This document shows, piece after piece, positions 62,388 through 64,000 of a stretch of DNA of 64,000 nucleotides (positions within the stretch are counted from its first letter, which is position 1; the number at the start of each line of letters is the position of its first letter). The notes under the pieces are model-generated. The model was not told the origin of the DNA. It saw only the letters and a program-made list of their open reading frames with translations, and did no database searches. This stretch comes from Acholeplasmataceae bacterium (GTDB lineage: Bacteria > Bacillota_I > Bacilli_A > Acholeplasmatales > Acholeplasmataceae). The position numbers and the translations under genes are program-made. The stretch spans positions 1,152,001-1,216,000 of the forward strand of contig OY763415.1 of assembly GCA_963667565.1 (NCBI GenBank), given 5' to 3'.

Positions 62388-62462
62388 AGGGATATGGTGT
62401 CAACGGTAGCACAGCGGTCTCCAAAACCGTTAGTTCGGGTTCGAATCCTGATATCCCTGCCA
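62388..62462 (+). tRNA. tRNA-Trp (CCA)
   Basis: GCGGT-CTCCAAA-ACCGT arm, G73-CCA. Confidence 0.96.
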
Positions 62463-62473
62463 TTAATAAAATT

Positions 62474-62500
62474 AAAGTCTAACAATTTGTTAGACTTTTT
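62474..62500. terminator. Intrinsic terminator after tRNA-Trp
   Basis: AAAGTCTAACA-ATT-TGTTAGACTTTTT. Confidence 0.8.
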
Positions 62501-62525
62501 TGTATATTTATTTACCTACTTAATC

Positions 62526-62966
62526 CTATAGATGATATAGATCAAAAACAAAATCTGTAATTTTTTCTTCATCTTTTACAATAATCCAAATTGATTTTTG
62601 ACTCATCTCTACATCTGCAGTTAATGTATATACACTGCTGATATATGCAAATCCATCTATAATTGAAAATTCATTAATTTTAAAATCAGTTTGATTAAAT
62701 ACATATTTTGTTATAATTAAAATTTGTTGATTTTCAAAAAATGTCTCATCATAAGCATCTAGGCTAAAGTGAAAACGATCATGATTAGAAACATATAAAT
62801 CTAAGTCATCAACACTAGAAACAATTAATTGTTCATCTTCGTAAACACTTTGTTCATTGTAATTCCATTCGATTGTGTATATACCCACTCTATAATCGAT
62901 GCCATGTGTTGCATCACATGCAGTCAAGATAAATACTAACAATATAAGAAAAAATATTTTTTTCAT
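62526..62966 (-). CDS. Hypothetical lipoprotein
   Basis: Lipobox LTAC. Confidence 0.75.
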   Translation of the reverse strand: MKKIFFLILLVFILTACDATHGIDYRVGIYTIEWNYNEQSVYEDEQLIVSSVDDLDLYVSNHDRFHFSLDAYDETFFENQQILIITKYVFNQTDFKINEFSIIDGFAYISSVYTLTADVEMSQKSIWIIVKDEEKITDFVFDLYHL

Positions 62967-62979
62967 TGTAACAACCCCC

Positions 62980-63672
62980 TTATTTTATTTGTCTTTCTTT
63001 CTGTAACAATATAATGCGGTCATACGGCATCTTTGGAGCTCTTTGATATGCTCCTGTTGAAACAAGTTTAAACCCCTTAAAACGGTCAATCCATGCTTCT
63101 GTGGTTAAGTTGTGTGCTCTAAGTATCCCGTTGATCGCATATGTGTCTTGATCAATGACTTCCATGTTTAACTTTTTAATCAGATCCTCATCTAAATAGA
63201 AATTGAGTTTAAGTAAAACATAACCTAATGGTTTTACAATTCTTATCATTGAATCAATGACTTCCTGACTCGTCTTTCGTGGAATGACATCTAAAAAATT
63301 AGAACAAAATATGCCATCAACAGACTGATCATCAAATCGATCAAGATAATGGTGATTTTCGGTAACAAATTCTAAATCACTGATCTTTGATAATTTGACT
63401 GTTTCTTTTGCAAATTCAATCCCTTTTTCAGATGTGTCAAAACCATATCCATTAACCATCTTTTTACCTAATAACTTTGCAGTCATTAAAGAAAAGCCCA
63501 AGCCACAACCAACATCAATAATGGTTTCACAAGTGTCACCTAATTTTTTTAAGTATTGGTCAAGCTCATTTTCAACGTTGACATCTTCTTTATTTATTGT
63601 CATAGGTTTTATATCTTGAAAGTATGAATCCCAAAATTTAATCAGATCACTATTTGTTTGATTAATGTCCAT
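62980..63672 (-). CDS. Class I SAM-dependent methyltransferase
   Basis: IIDVGCGLG, GFDTS, VKPLG. Confidence 0.88.
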   Translation of the reverse strand: MDINQTNSDLIKFWDSYFQDIKPMTINKEDVNVENELDQYLKKLGDTCETIIDVGCGLGFSLMTAKLLGKKMVNGYGFDTSEKGIEFAKETVKLSKISDLEFVTENHHYLDRFDDQSVDGIFCSNFLDVIPRKTSQEVIDSMIRIVKPLGYVLLKLNFYLDEDLIKKLNMEVIDQDTYAINGILRAHNLTTEAWIDRFKGFKLVSTGAYQRAPKMPYDRIILLQKERQIK

Positions 63673-63766
63673 AGAAAACCCCCTGATTTTTCTTTTATTA
63701 TATCATATTAAAATATGTAAAATATAAAAAAAAAGCCTAATTGATTATGCACAATTAGGCATTTAT

Positions 63767-64000
63767 TTATTTTTTACCAACGTATTTTTCTAGAAATTGT
63801 GTTACTTTTGATGGTTCAACATTAATCAAAACATCATCTTCACAAATAAGAACTGGTAGTGATAACACGCCATATTTCTTAACCATTTCTAAATATAAGT
63901 CTGTACTTTCTTCTTTATCAACGATTTGTATATCTTGACTATACTTATCATTTAATGCATATTTTAAAAACATCTTAAGCTTTTTACAGTTTGGACAATC
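63767..64000 (-). CDS. Glutaredoxin/thioredoxin-like protein (5' end outside window)
   Basis: Frame extends to the window end: DCPNCKKLK...GVLSLPVL (CxxC plus cis-Pro). Confidence 0.8.
   Translation of the reverse strand, partial: DCPNCKKLKMFLKYALNDKYSQDIQIVDKEESTDLYLEMVKKYGVLSLPVLICEDDVLINVEPSKVTQFLEKYVGKK

Noticed and set aside
49200..62462. tRNA genes flanking the respiratory operon as possible island boundaries
   Set aside because: No integrase, no duplicated tRNA 3' end noticed and no obvious composition shift
8917..63619. Many 60-110 aa ORFs antisense to or nested in real genes (e.g. 19272, 21613, 37360, 59417)
   Set aside because: No RBS or motifs; typical shadow frames

Overview
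Low-GC chromosomal window translated with code 11 (TGA used as stop, tRNA-Trp anticodon CCA). The gene set (Spx, CcpA, ComK-like, OppF with coiled-coil insertion, InlB B-repeat lipoproteins) points to an Acholeplasmatales-type Mollicute or close Bacillota relative; this assignment is inference. About half of the window is housekeeping: glycolysis (gap, pgk, tpiA), trpS and tyrS with T-boxes, rpsP-khpA-rimM-trmD-rplS, rpsD, thiI, sufCDSUB, PFOR and four tRNAs. Three things stand out. (1) A tightly coupled 10-gene operon (51164-59940) joins a cytochrome bd (cydAB) with an almost deleted Q-loop to two Rnf/Nqr-type membrane modules plus NqrF, with no RnfB, RnfC or NqrA. One module has lost its Fe-S cysteines, suggesting a quinone-independent NADH-to-O2 complex. 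(2) An unannotated ~165-nt intergenic RNA (29123-29288) has C-rich loops and a terminator, and sits downstream of two cre sites. (3) An Opp locus is surrounded by InlB-repeat surface proteins and an S41 protease. No CRISPR arrays, rRNA or mobile elements were seen.
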